The translations under genes and the position numbers were made by a program. From positions 1,269,854 to 1,333,853 of the forward strand of contig CM082596.2 in the NCBI GenBank assembly GCA_040954595.2: 64,000 nucleotides of DNA, written 5' to 3'. Positions 41,059-53,478 of the stretch are shown here, piece by piece. Origin of the DNA: Balanoglossus misakiensis. Its lineage: Eukaryota > Animalia > Hemichordata. Positions within the stretch are counted from its first letter, which is position 1, and every line of letters starts with the position of its first letter. The notes beneath the pieces were generated by a model. The model had not been told where the DNA came from. It ran no database searches and was given only the letters and a program-made list of their open reading frames with translations.

Positions 41059-44000
41059 TGCTTGGTCTTATCATGCAGACTGAATCAGCTATGAACATTC
41101 TACTGCCAAATGTTCGGAGGATCGTGAGCTTGAAACCAAAAGTAAGCCCAGACTTCGTGCCAATGAGCAAAGGAGCGAAAAAATATAGCCGATTTACTCA
41201 TTCTAAGTCGTGGATTATGGCAGTTGTCTGAGCTCAAAGACTGACTGAAACCTGCACTGGTCAAAAATCTAACGCGAAAGTTTACAGTATTTAATAAACC
41301 TATCTGAAAGGAGACACTTCGGGATACCGCGAAATCAGTTTACACAATTTATCTATTATCGTGAAAACGGGCTGAGACATAGACACCGCATTTTTAATAG
41401 ACAACATCATTTGACATTGCTTCGATTGTATGTATACTCATAATTCACGTGACGTATGTCGTTGCCACGGTAACTGTAATCTGATATGCTTATTTCATTT
41501 TATTCCACTTAAACTGGAAACCCGTTTGGAGGAACAGACTGTGTCCGCATGTGCATTTTATATACATTTGGGACTAATGTACATGTTGCATGCGGTATTT
41601 TGAAAGAGATTAAGTCATTAACTACCACAAGGTTGCAAAAGCGTCTGTTTATGGCAGAGTTTACTTTCTCCCGAAGGGAATAATGGAAAGCACTACCTCT
41701 TTAGAATTCAATGAATTGCCACTGACAGCCAAGTGTCCTTCGAGAGGCGACCGGATATGTATCTGAGGTGTCACGTAAATGATGTGTACTTGAATACGTA
41801 TTTGATGATCTGCAACTTGTTTTCGATGGCCGTGACGGTGTACGCGTCTATAGGTACAAGTATCAGTCACCTATAATTTACATATGCCCAAATATGGTCA
41901 AAGGGATGTGTCCAAGTCTCTAATGACCGTATAGGGGCACGCGGTTTTCGCGTTACTGGCTAAATTTCAACTTACCATGGCAACATCTACAGGTAGCCGT
42001 ATACCGTTAACCGTTTTCGAATATTATTTAACCAGTTTCACCTTACAGCTACTGCCTTGCAGTTACAATTAGAGTTTGCACAATTTTAATACTAGATGTT
42101 TCAATTAAGATATTCTACTTACCATGTCTTTCTTGCTTGTGCCATTACATCTGTGGAAAGTCATTCACGCACTCTTTATGTAACTCCAGATATTGAAAGA
42201 TGATGTCATCTGAAACGCAATATACATATTCCGAGATAATAAACTAAATGCCTTGTGTAAACAGTCCATAACTGAAATTGTATGCACCGATAAACATTTG
42301 AGAAATCGATTTGTAACTGTGGGTTTTCAAAATCATTTATGCCGATTTCTAATTTTGTGACATTAAAACATGTGACGTGCGTGCAGTCCAAGAATTTAAA
42401 TTTGTACGCGGTATGTATTATGCTTTTGACAACCATTTACAATTTGAATAAATGTTTGTTATACATCTTAATAAAGGCGCTACACATTTTTGCGTAATCA
42501 TTTATTTCTTCAATTGTGCAATTACTTAGCCTTCAAGGATAGTCACGTGAATATTTAATGAATGTAACAGAAAATGAATAGCGTTAATGAAGACTTCATT
42601 GATCCCTCGATGCTAATCAAACCATGTACGTACATACTGATGTCTGCCTGGTTGTCTGTCATGTACTCAAACCTAAAACGTCAGGGTTTTATTCATCGAG
42701 AACAGACACATAGCCACGGGAAGGTGTAGACGTGGGTTCAAGGTCCAAACTAACACGTTTAACACTTGTTGGACAGGAAACACCATTTGAAATGGCTCAA
42801 ATTATTGTCGTGAGATGATTCATTATCACAATTTAACCTACTCTTGTGGAGATTCGTGATAGGACATCTATTAATGTGTGACGTACGTCATATGTGCGTC
42901 ATCTTCACACGTTTAATACATAGTTACGTCTTCTCCAGTTAGCTTTCTATATCACACTTGGAACAAATATCGACTTAGATATCCTTCTCCCCAGGTGGAA
43001 CAATCTATACCATTGAATACTATATTTTGCTTATGGCAAGGTTCTCGGCACTAAGTATAGTTTATTAATCTGCCATGGTGATAACAGCGTGTCATAACAA
43101 GTGATGAATTATGAAAGAGAAGTTTCTCTCGCGTCTAAGGTAGATGGAGCTCGCGGCCATAAAACTCAAATGAGGAAATATTCTGTCTTTACGGAGAAAC
43201 TAATGGAAGATAAGAGACTGAGGATTACAGAATAATCCGCTAGCAAAAACAGACAGCTGTTCAATAATACAAAACAGCGTATTTTTAAGTATGCCACAGT
43301 GAAAGTAACGTAAGTGGAGCTGAAACTAATTTATTATTAAATTGTCCAAACGATTTACTAATATTACTGCTTAAAATTAAGCTCCTTATAATTTGCATAT
43401 TATGCCATTTTGCACTTAGCGTCAGAAAGTATCAATTTCAACTTTTTAACGAAAATGAAATGAATGCATATTAATATGTTGTGTGTAATTGGGCTGTTTG
43501 AAGATCAAAAGATGAACGATTCAGTCGGAACGAATAGAGATCGTTATAGTCCCAGACCGATTAACTGTTTCTCTTGTCATACTCGTCGGATATCAGAATT
43601 ATATGGAAATATCCGCAAATAACCGGAAACACGTAGTAGTCACCACAAAATGAACGATTGGATCTTTCGCGATTAGCCTATTTCTATACATTTGAATATG
43701 AAGCGAACAAGAACAACCCAACGTACGTGCATCACAGTCACAACACGAATCGATCTTACACTATCATTATCATGTCTTAAGATCTGAATGTAGAACGACA
43801 AGACTGCTTATGAGAAAGCGCTGAATTATAACGATGTCAGCGGTGAGCCATTTATCTTAGCACACTTCATATGTTATCGTACATCAGCGCGATTTCCTAT
43901 CACCTCTCTGCAGGAAAGGCAATATGTTTCACGCTGTTGTTGTTAACCCAGGGGTAATATGCAATTTCTTGTATCAGAATTGCATTGCTGCTTCTGTGGC

Positions 44001-45151
44001 GTATCCTCAGGCGCTGTTATCATTGTTTTGTTGGCAAGAAAGCAACCCAGGCGGAAATGAACAGTGATGGATTTCAGGGATCACAGAGAAAGTTCACGTA
44101 GTTTTTTTTTTCCTTTGACAACTTCCTGTATGTACACAAACCTAGGAATATTTTCAGTATTTCAATAACTTATACTCTAATGTGAAAGTCAACGTGCTTA
44201 CAATGCCCACTGAGATTTGTGCCAGGTTCCTAAGAATCAACAATTTTTCCAACACAGCTGTGGTAGACATACAGACTTTTAGCTGCACACGAGTACATGT
44301 ACGCGCATCCATACAGCCGTCGGGGTTCAAGCATTTCTGCCCGTTCAGCGTTTTGCTGTCCTGCGCTCTACAGTCTCGGTAGCATACTGACGTTCTGAGA
44401 GATATTTCAAACTGTTAAGTGCGAACATTGTTCGGATAGGACGACTGGCTGTAAGTCCATAAACTCCTTCAAAATGACTAGGTTATGCCTACCTCACGTG
44501 CACGACACAAACATGCCTATCTTCAGCCATAGGTTCTACCTGTACACACTCCGTACGCACCTAGGAGTATTTAGCCAAATTCCTGTCTGTTCTTGGTGAC
44601 TGTGCAGTAGTACATCCAAGGGGCGTTACACACAAGACGGTACAGACCAGTAGGCATCTTTCTGGGTGTCTTACGGGGGATAAATGACAAAAAATGCAGA
44701 CTTGACACAGCAGACGACATCGACATGATTCGAGCAACACGTGACCAACCGCGAGTGACGTCATTGATTGCGCCCTCTACCAACAAAATTGCTAAATCGT
44801 TTGTTCCCATGAACAACCTGTCGGATCAGATTTTGGAGCATGGTGTTGTGTCTCTTTTATCACTCTGGATTTAGTATCGCTAAAAAGATTACAGTGACAA
44901 ATATACGAGTACAGACGCGTATTATCGTGTTCAAAGCAAAGCAAATTTGTGAAACCAGAAGGCCAAAATATAAAGGCAATTGCGAAGCTTGTTATAGCAT
45001 TCAAGCAATTTAACTTGGCAATACCTATGTGATTCCACTGTTCTCGCCCACACCGGGAACAAATTATGATCTGCCCTTGAACTATTGTTTGGTGACAAGA
45101 CTGTGACGTTTCGCATTCAAACAAAATAAATAACAGGCTGGGTTTTGTTGT

Positions 45152-45402
45152 GTTGCCATAGCGACAGTACAAGAGACTGTGCGTAGGGAATGGCCGCCAT
45201 ATCTACGTCTAGAAGTGCACGCAGCCTTCAAGAGTGACTTGCAGAATTGTTAACCCATAATCAGTTAAATGACCGCTATGCACGCTGTGTCCTTTTGATG
45301 AATCAACCGTTTTTATTATAGAATAGATTTGAATCTGTGGTCGCCACTGACCAGAACGCTACTGACGTGGACCTATAGTAAGTGCAGACGCCAACAGACA
45401 AG
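45152..45402 (+). promoter_or_regulatory. Probable promoter and non-coding first exon of the Death-TIR-TIR gene
   Basis: X-box GTTGCCATAGCGAC 45152-45165, YY1-like GCCGCCATAT ~45193-45202, and donor AAG|GTATGT at 45402/45403. The ATG exon has an acceptor (ttgttgcag|) ending at 46354, which implies an upstream exon. Confidence 0.45.
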
Positions 45403-46357
45403 GTATGTATCAGCCATATATATACATATGGGGTGCTGTGATCTAGATCAACAACAATGAACACGTAATCTTTGTGTACTACAGTAAATATACATTCTCC
45501 GACACGAACAAAGTAAATACACGGTAACTTGACAACTCACAGTGGTAAAAAAACCTTAAAATCGAACACTTGGGCACGCAAGTGTACTCCGGTTGCTACA
45601 ACCTGTATCTTGACATATCTTCCACTTTGCAAATAATGACATACCAGTTTATCTCATGTTATGTGATTAACGGTGAGTTGCTTCATAACTTGCGACGTCT
45701 TTCAGGCAACACACACGATTTGTACTTCATTTGATCACACGTAAATCTAATTTAATTCGTCACCTGGTGATTTTCTTCAAAACTGAGCTTCAATGCTGTC
45801 TATAATATTTGCCATGAAAAATCTATGCCCTCCTACGAACACCAGATGGTTCTGCCTCAGAAAATGCCACGCGTACATTTTTTTCTTCTGAAAATCAAGT
45901 GAACAACGCCGACGCTTTATGGTTACGCTGTTTTTTTCATGCCAGGTCACACAAGGTCAAACTAATAGTGGACATTTTAACATATGAAAGCGCATTTTAA
46001 TGCCCTACTTTTACCCCCGCCGTGTATAACATTTCAGTATGTTCCCATGGTCGGAATTAACATGCTGTCAAGTAAGGAAACTGAACTCAGGATTCGAATA
46101 TTCAAATTGCATGGTGCGATAGAAATGTTTAGGCTGTGATACGAGTCTGTGCCTATGCACACGGTTGTCAAGGTAACAAACGAAACAGAGGTAAACACTG
46201 CACTGCTGCAAGGACATGTTCTGATTAAAGATGCTATAGGCCATATTGTAACGGATTGAAATGATACATAAATTATAAATACTAAATGTACTTGTCAAAT
46301 AATCAAAACATTACAATTGGAGAATTCTGCTCACACGATTACATTTTGTTGCAGACG

Positions 46358-49300
46358 ATGGCGAATGTAGAACACTGGGATGAGAGACTGCCGGCCATAT
46401 TGGATTGCCTCCGGAATGCAACTGAGAAAGATTTCAAATCCAATGATGGCGAACCTCGCAAGATACAAGATGAGGTGGAAGACGAACTACACAAAGATGC
46501 AATAAAAAGGTATAAGTCATGAATGCCGTCTGTCCACTAAGAGCCACATAAATCAGACATTGTGTTTGACTGTTTACACACAGATTAGACACCTTAACAG
46601 TAACTATGGGTGTTGAATTCTAAGGACTTGGGTGTGTTTAGCCTGACAAGATTTATAGTAAATTATTATTTTTATCACACAGCAAAGGAAAATTATCCAA
46701 ACACTTGATTGACATCGTCTTGGTCTGCATGGAACAGAAGACGAAAAACCACTATACAATCATTCGGCGAATTTGTCAAGACAAGGACGGAATTCATTGG
46801 AAGGTAACTTGAAGTCGTTCTTGTCGAATGCATTGCAATTATACCAACGTGTCTCCAAGGGCCATAGCCAACACGCCCACTTATCGCTGTATTTGTAACA
46901 ATAACAAATTAAAGCCCATACTGTGTTTATTTTAGTCACACGTAGACAGCGCGATTGAAATCAGTAAGAAGTGGCTGGAACCCATAGAAAGCCCTGCTTT
47001 GGAAAAGGGGAGCAGAGAAAGATCGGAGTTCTTGGATGCTGTGAAAGACGCCAGCGAAAGATTAGCAGACGCTTTCGAGTGAGTTCATAATTATGATACT
47101 CTGAATAGTCAACAGAACAGAACAGCTACTAATCAATGACCTTAGCTCCATCCCAGCCCTTGTAATTAACCGTCCATTTTCTCTGCCTTGAATTTTTCAT
47201 AGGATGTATCGTATCGAGAAAAAAGTGAGCCCTCAATGGTGTGATATGATAGAGCACTGTTGTAAAGAGGACAAAGATGTTCATTACCTAGCAACGCAGG
47301 AAGTCGTTTCCAAAACCAAGTTCGAGGTAGGTCAAAAGTCTACGTGTGTCGAAAATGCATCTTGGAAACGATGATCAGAATTGTGCATTGTATCTTTCGA
47401 TTTTTAATACAAGTCATTTATTATATCTCCAGGGCAACGATAAAAAAGTAGGTCCCATTTTGGAAGCTTTCGTCAGTCTGATCTCCAAACCAGATTTCAA
47501 AATAACCGAAGGTTTCCACGGGAAGAGATACACATTGATTGGAATAATAGGGACCATAGCAAGCTATTTAAGGTGGGTTTATATAATATTGAACTATGTT
47601 TTCCATCGTGCCTTGATGTAGGGGTCTATACGCGTTGACAGATTGATCGACGCTTTTTGTCGCCATTTTGGGTGATATTCTAGTTTTTCTGTAACGAAGA
47701 ACTTTTTGTTTGAAATGTGAAACTTTTTTAAACTTTTCTTTTTCTTTATACACCCAGTAAGTCAAACACTATACAGAAACATTCAAAACATCTAGTGCAG
47801 ATTTTTGAAGAATGTTTCAAGCATGACCTAGAAGAAGCTGGCTATACTCCCTTGTCATTCTGGGGCGACGTGGCGCGAATGTTAGCTTGTAACATCTGGC
47901 CTGGTGTAAGTATCATTTTAATGAAAAATCATTCTTAAACATAAAGATAATTTAACATAAAGTTAATTCGTGGTGACTGGCTAATTGAAACTCAGTGGAA
48001 CAGAAAGACGACTGTGCATGCAAGCGTGTTAACTGTCTTGTTCTCTCCATTTTTTTCCTTGTAGGCAAACGCAAAAGTACTGGCTCCTTTCATGCCATAT
48101 GTCATGAAATTCTTGACCTGTGACATTGATGACCTTGAGCAGATTGCGTCATTTATTTTCCCCAACATGCACCTCAATGCTGAAGTGATTTACCCATACA
48201 TCGACGAAGTGATCGATGTATGTGTCAATGGGAAATTTTACGTCCTCCGTAAGTACTCAAATTCTCAAATTTTCAATTACATTTCACAAGTGTTTATTGT
48301 TCAGAATAGAACGATTATCATCACAAGATTAATGCTCTTCCCTTTGCAGCGGCAATCAGAGGAGCTTTCAAGGACAAAGAAGATGAAATTATGGCGAGAT
48401 TTGACGAGATTGCAGAGAAATTTGACGAGATTGATCAGAACCAGAAATATGCAATTGCACAGCTGTACGAAGACGTGGCCAAGAAATACCCAGAGGTATG
48501 GAAATGTAACCATGACGACGGTTTCTAAGCGGTTGTTTCGCAGTCTCTGATCACCGGGAGCCATCGCATATGGCGCATGGCAACAATTTTGACGTCTGAT
48601 TCACAATGTTTTAATCGTTACCCGAGACTACATATATATTATAAACATTTTTTTCTGCAGAGACTCCTCCCATACAAAGATCAACTTCTTGAATCTCTAG
48701 ACGACGTCTCGAGCATGACAATGTCAATACAGGCGTTGGTCCCTTTAATAGCAGCTGATCCTGAACAGTTTAACGACGAAGAAACGATAAACAAATTAGC
48801 GGGAGTTCCAGACACCTTTCCCGGTCTGGTCTACTACAGCAACCAAGCACTGGCCGTTCTTGGTAGAGATAGCGAGGTAGGTCAAGTGTGTCACTTGCTT
48901 TTCAAAAATCCCTCAGATACATCAAGAACTTTCTTTTAAACAAAATTCATGTTATGGTTTGATTTTGTTTGTATTGTGTTTGTGTTTTAATTTACCAAAT
49001 TAGAGATCTGTTTCATAGAGTTGTTTCCCATGACTGATTTCATTCGTCATTTGCCTCTGCAGGAAAAAGCTGAAAAATTTATGAAATTGTTTGCGGAGCA
49101 ACTTGAAAATACGGCCTACTCCCAGCACGTAACTAGCATAATCATGAGTATGAAACAACTAGCGGGAAGCGATTATATTCCAATTCTGGCAAAGTACAAA
49201 GATCTTATTCTGTCGTTTAATGACAGTCCAGTTTCTGGGATTCAGGAAGTAGTCGAAGCAGCCATCAATGTAATCGAGGGAAGAAGGCAAGTGGTCATAT

Positions 49301-50916
49301 TTCAATAACTTCTGAACTTTTACCTTTTTTACTGGAATTTTGATCAAGACCTGTAGACAATGGAATATTGCGTCCATTTGGTCTATAATTAAGGGGAAAT
49401 GGTAAAACATGTTCAAAATGATAAAAATGATGCACCACCATGTTGACAGACCAATATGTCGTCCAAAGTGTTTATTAAACGTGAACGTTTTATCAATATC
49501 GTCGTGAACAGTTTGGCGGCTGTGGCGGACAAAATGGCCGACATTCAGGACGATGTGGAGGATCTCGATCAACGCGTCACCGCAAACGAAGACAACATCC
49601 AAGAACTTGACGACAAAGTGGACAACCAACAAAAGGAAATCGATACGGTCAAAGAAGACGTTCATGAACAAGGAGAACGTTTGGATGAACTCGAGGAAGT
49701 CGTGGATGAGGTTGAAGAAAAGGTTGAAGAAATTGATAGGAAGGTATGAAAATTATGTACAAACTTGCAGATCACAGTCTTAATTATGTGTTAATCCATA
49801 ATATACACTCCTTTCAAATTTCGATATCACGTCACAGACTATCAGCAATGCACCTGCGTGGTCGAGAGATGTATCCAAGCTCCTAAACATGGACGGTGAC
49901 AATAACTGGCGATTTCTCGCTATCAGACTCTCGTACACACCTGAAGATGTCAGAAACTGGGCAACTGCGCATGACCCTACGATGTCCTTGTTGAGGTAGG
50001 TATATCTTTGAAATATTAATATACTGAAACTTCAACTTCTCGAATTGACTGATACTAACTTTAAAATCATCTTTTTTCTTCAAGCGAATGGTACACGACC
50101 CACAAAAGTGCAGAAGCCACATACGCGGTGCTGACGTCATTAAAAGAAATGGGACGAAATGACTGTGCCGAGATTATTGAAGATGCACTCAGGGCAGCAG
50201 GTAAGATTTCTTCTTACTTTGCGTTGAAATAAAGACGTTTCTCGTAGTGTTTTCAAACAAACTTCTCATAATACTCGTATGATTTATATTAGATGAAGTC
50301 ATTCCACAAGCGCCACCAGAGTTTACCCACCCACCACCTGTGTTTATCAGCTACCAATGGGACCACCAATCAGAAGTGAAGACACTCAAAGAACACCTGG
50401 AAAATGCGGGCTATGAATGCTGGTTGGATATTGGTCAAATGGGTGGAGGGGATAAACTCTATGAGAAGATTGACGAGGGACTTAGAGGTGCTAAAATAGT
50501 GTTGTCAATGGTTACGGAAAAATACTCCCAATCAAAGAACTGTAACCACGAGGTGAGTTCAAGGTCAATTAATACTAAATATAAGTACTTGATTATTACT
50601 TCCTTACATTGATGTTATCTTGTCCTTCCCACAGGTTAATTTGGCTAGTTTGTTGAATAAACCAATCATACCTCTCCTCTTGGAAGACGTTGCATGGCCG
50701 CCACCAGGACCAATGAGTGTTCTGTTCTCACAACTACTCTACATCAACATCCGCCCAGAAAGTGATTACGTAGAAGGGACGAAATTTTGGGCAGATTCCA
50801 CATTCGCGGAATTGCTTGCACAAATCAACTACTACGCGGCGCCAGATCCGGATAAAATATCCGAGGGTAAGAACACATTGTGGAAAACGCACCTAATATT
50901 TTGAATAAATATCTCT

Positions 50917-50953
<37 letters not shown>

Positions 50954-53478
50954 CAGTCACATACCTGAGTACCACTTTATGTCCCTGTGAAGATGTCCAT
51001 CTTGTCTCCTGGAAATTATCAAACACAAATCGTTCACGTTCTTGTAAATAAATATCACTTTTCCACGTGACCAGCGTGACGATATGAACAGAATCCACAT
51101 AATCCGGTAAGGTCATTGCTCCATGATTTTCCACGTGTATACTAACGTCGCGTGTATTTACAATTTTCCACGACTGTGCAACTGAACTGAACTGTATTTA
51201 GGCACAGCAAATCCTACGCCCTTTCCCGTTTACTGGTTCCATTCTTTTGTGTCCAACTACCTGGCGAAACGTTCAATATCAAATTTAGTCCGCACAAAAT
51301 ATCCGATCGTAAACTCAATCCTCGTGGTCGAATACATCGCGGAAGATTTGCCTACGCCAGGTGGCATTATCCAATCAGAAACAATAACCCTACTGGCGCT
51401 CGCCACGGACTGCGCATGTCAGAGACAACCGAACAAAAGACATTAAGTTGCTTTATTCATATATGCGTTACATGCAAAACACAACCATCAACGCTCTACT
51501 GAAAGTCTTCTTTATAGACAGCAATACATTAAGCTTATTTTCAGTTCACGTGTGGCAGTTTGTGCTTCTGATCAAAATATGTATATATTTAATATAAATA
51601 GAGTGGGGTTCTTATTCCCATCAATCCAAAATTAACATTGGAATATTATGCTAACCTGCTGTAATGTCCACTGATCTGTTACAGAATACCGCGACTGGGT
51701 TCCTCAGGTCGATGACACACCTGTTGTAAAGCCAATGAAAAAGGCGGCGGCTCCTGGGAAGAGTAACAACGAAACGGGAGAATCAGAAGATGTGAGTAAA
51801 TGTAGTCGGATTGACCAAGTGTGAACATTCAAAGAAATAGTTGTTGCCTAAATAACGACTAATTATTACCACAGCTACTAAAACCTCTCTTTCATTTTCT
51901 TTAGATTGAACTACCTCCTGAAGTCTTCATTTCATATCAATGGGGAAAACAGCCGCAAATAAAGAAACTATATTCTCGATTAACGTCGCTGGGCTATACG
52001 TGTTGGTTTGATATTATGCAAATGGGCGGAGGTGATGCCTTATATGGCAAAATAGACAAAGGAATTAGAAATTCAAAGGTGAGAAAAATAACTATATACT
52101 ACGCAGTAGAATGTTTCTGTTTTTCTAACAGGTTTGCGGAGAGCCATGTATTTGAAAGATATCACCAAAACTGATAAAGGCATTAGCTGCAACTTTTCTT
52201 CGTACAACCAATATTTGAAGTTCTATTTTTAAAGTTTAACGTCTCGTCGTATTTTTGTAATTTCTCTTTAAAAAGGTCGTCTTGTCATGTTGCACCAAAA
52301 AGTATGCCTTGTCTGCAAACTGTCGACGAGAAGTGAGTCTTGCCGATGCTTTGAAGAAACCCACCATACCGCTGTTGCTTGAAACAATGTCTTGGCCTCC
52401 AGAGGGTCCTATGAGCATGCCCTTTTCAGAATTACTCTACATCGACTTCACAGACGAGGAGAGTCAGAAGAATTTCGACGACGGTAAATTTGAAGAGTTG
52501 CTTCAGCAAATCGGGGCGTTTGCGCAACCGCATGACGAACTGGTGGTTGTTGAAGATCAAGAACACCAAGAGGTGGAAGCGCTGACGACAGGCGCTGTGG
52601 TTGAAACTGTCGGCGGGGTTGAAGGCGATCCGGCTTCAGACGTAGATGTGCATGCGCAGGACTCTCAAGAATTTTTCATCACAAATGATGTACCAGAGGA
52701 TGTGATGGAGCCTTCCGGAAGAGAAAATTCACCGATCGCGTCTGATGGTGGTGACATGAATGAAGTACAAGCCCCACCAATCCCGCCAGCTGACGACGAT
52801 AAGAGTGAAGGATCCGTGGCAGATTCTTCTCCGAGGTCCGAGACAGGGGATGACCTTCCAACGGACAGTAGAAAGGAAGTGGACGAAATACAGGATCTTC
52901 GAGAAGAAACCCCGGACGAAAACTATGGCTCAGAGCAATTATCAACAAATGGTGATGAAGGACGTGTCCCACTGAACGAACCAGACGCATTCGATGTCGG
53001 TGAAGAAGATCCTAGAATGGCTGACGATTTCAGAGAGAACAGTTTCTCGGAAGTTTGGACTGCTGAAACACACCAAGAAGTTCTCGATGTGGGCGCTGGT
53101 CACGATATGCAAGAGAAACCACCTGTTAGTGTTACTCCAGACGACTACACGGTGACAGAGGGCGATCTTATCTCAGAAATCACAAACAACGACGAAGATT
53201 CAGATGAGGATAAGGCAGTGCAAACAATCAATCATGAACAGAATTTCTCGGGAAACAAAATGATTCAAGCGGTACAAAATGAGATGAACGAATCAAGTCA
53301 ATCAGCGCACGTGCAGTCACCTGCATATTTACCCGGTGCAGTGGAAGAACAAATCAGCCAACCAAACGCCAAGGTGTCACCAAATGAATCCAACAGAAAT
53401 AAGATGGACGAATCATACAATTCCCCGCAACCAAACATACCCACCACTAGCAATTCAAGCTGTTGTATTATAATATAA
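46358..53478 (+). CDS. Multi-exon protein (~1359 aa): N-terminal HEAT/ARM-like helical region, coiled coil, Death domain, two TIR (TIR_2-like) domains, acidic disordered tail, C-terminal CaaX
   Basis: 18 coding exons splice in frame: 46358-46509, 46683-46803, 46936-47078, 47203-47326, 47433-47572, 47758-47905, 48065-48248, 48350-48495, 48661-48876, 49063-49286, 49512-49743, 49838-49995, 50085-50200, 50293-50552, 50635-50866, 51685-51791, 51905-52078, 52276-53478 (4080 nt including the stop). TIR motifs: VFISYQW...CWLDIGQMGGGD...SKNCNHEV...KPIIPLLL and VFISYQW...CWFDIMQMGGGD...SANCRREV...KPTIPLLL. Death-like segment: NWRFLAIRLSY...LLSEW...LTSLKEMGRNDCAEII. The protein ends SSCCIII*. The HEAT/ARM call is an inference from amphipathic helical repeats. 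Confidence 0.9.
49512..49743 (+). other. Acidic heptad coiled-coil exon of the TIR protein
   Basis: VADKMADIQDDVEDLDQRVTANEDNIQELDDKVDNQQKEIDTVKEDVHEQGERLDELEEVVDEVEEKVEEIDRK shows a regular a/d hydrophobic pattern rich in V/I. Confidence 0.85.
49838..50200 (+). other. Death domain (two exons) of the TIR protein
   Basis: SKLLNMDGDNNWRFLAIRLSYTPEDVRNWATAHDPTMSLLSEWYTTHKSAEATYAVLTSLKEMGRNDCAEII matches the Death-fold pattern W..LA..L, LL..W, L...L..MGR.D. Confidence 0.8.
50925..50953 (+). repeat. A29 homopolymer in a TIR-gene intron
   Basis: Read directly from the sequence; AATAAA lies at 50904-50909, just upstream. Confidence 0.9.

Noticed and set aside
49159-49671. 170-aa minus-strand ORF
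   Set aside because: It is the antisense shadow of the acidic coiled-coil exon plus intron.
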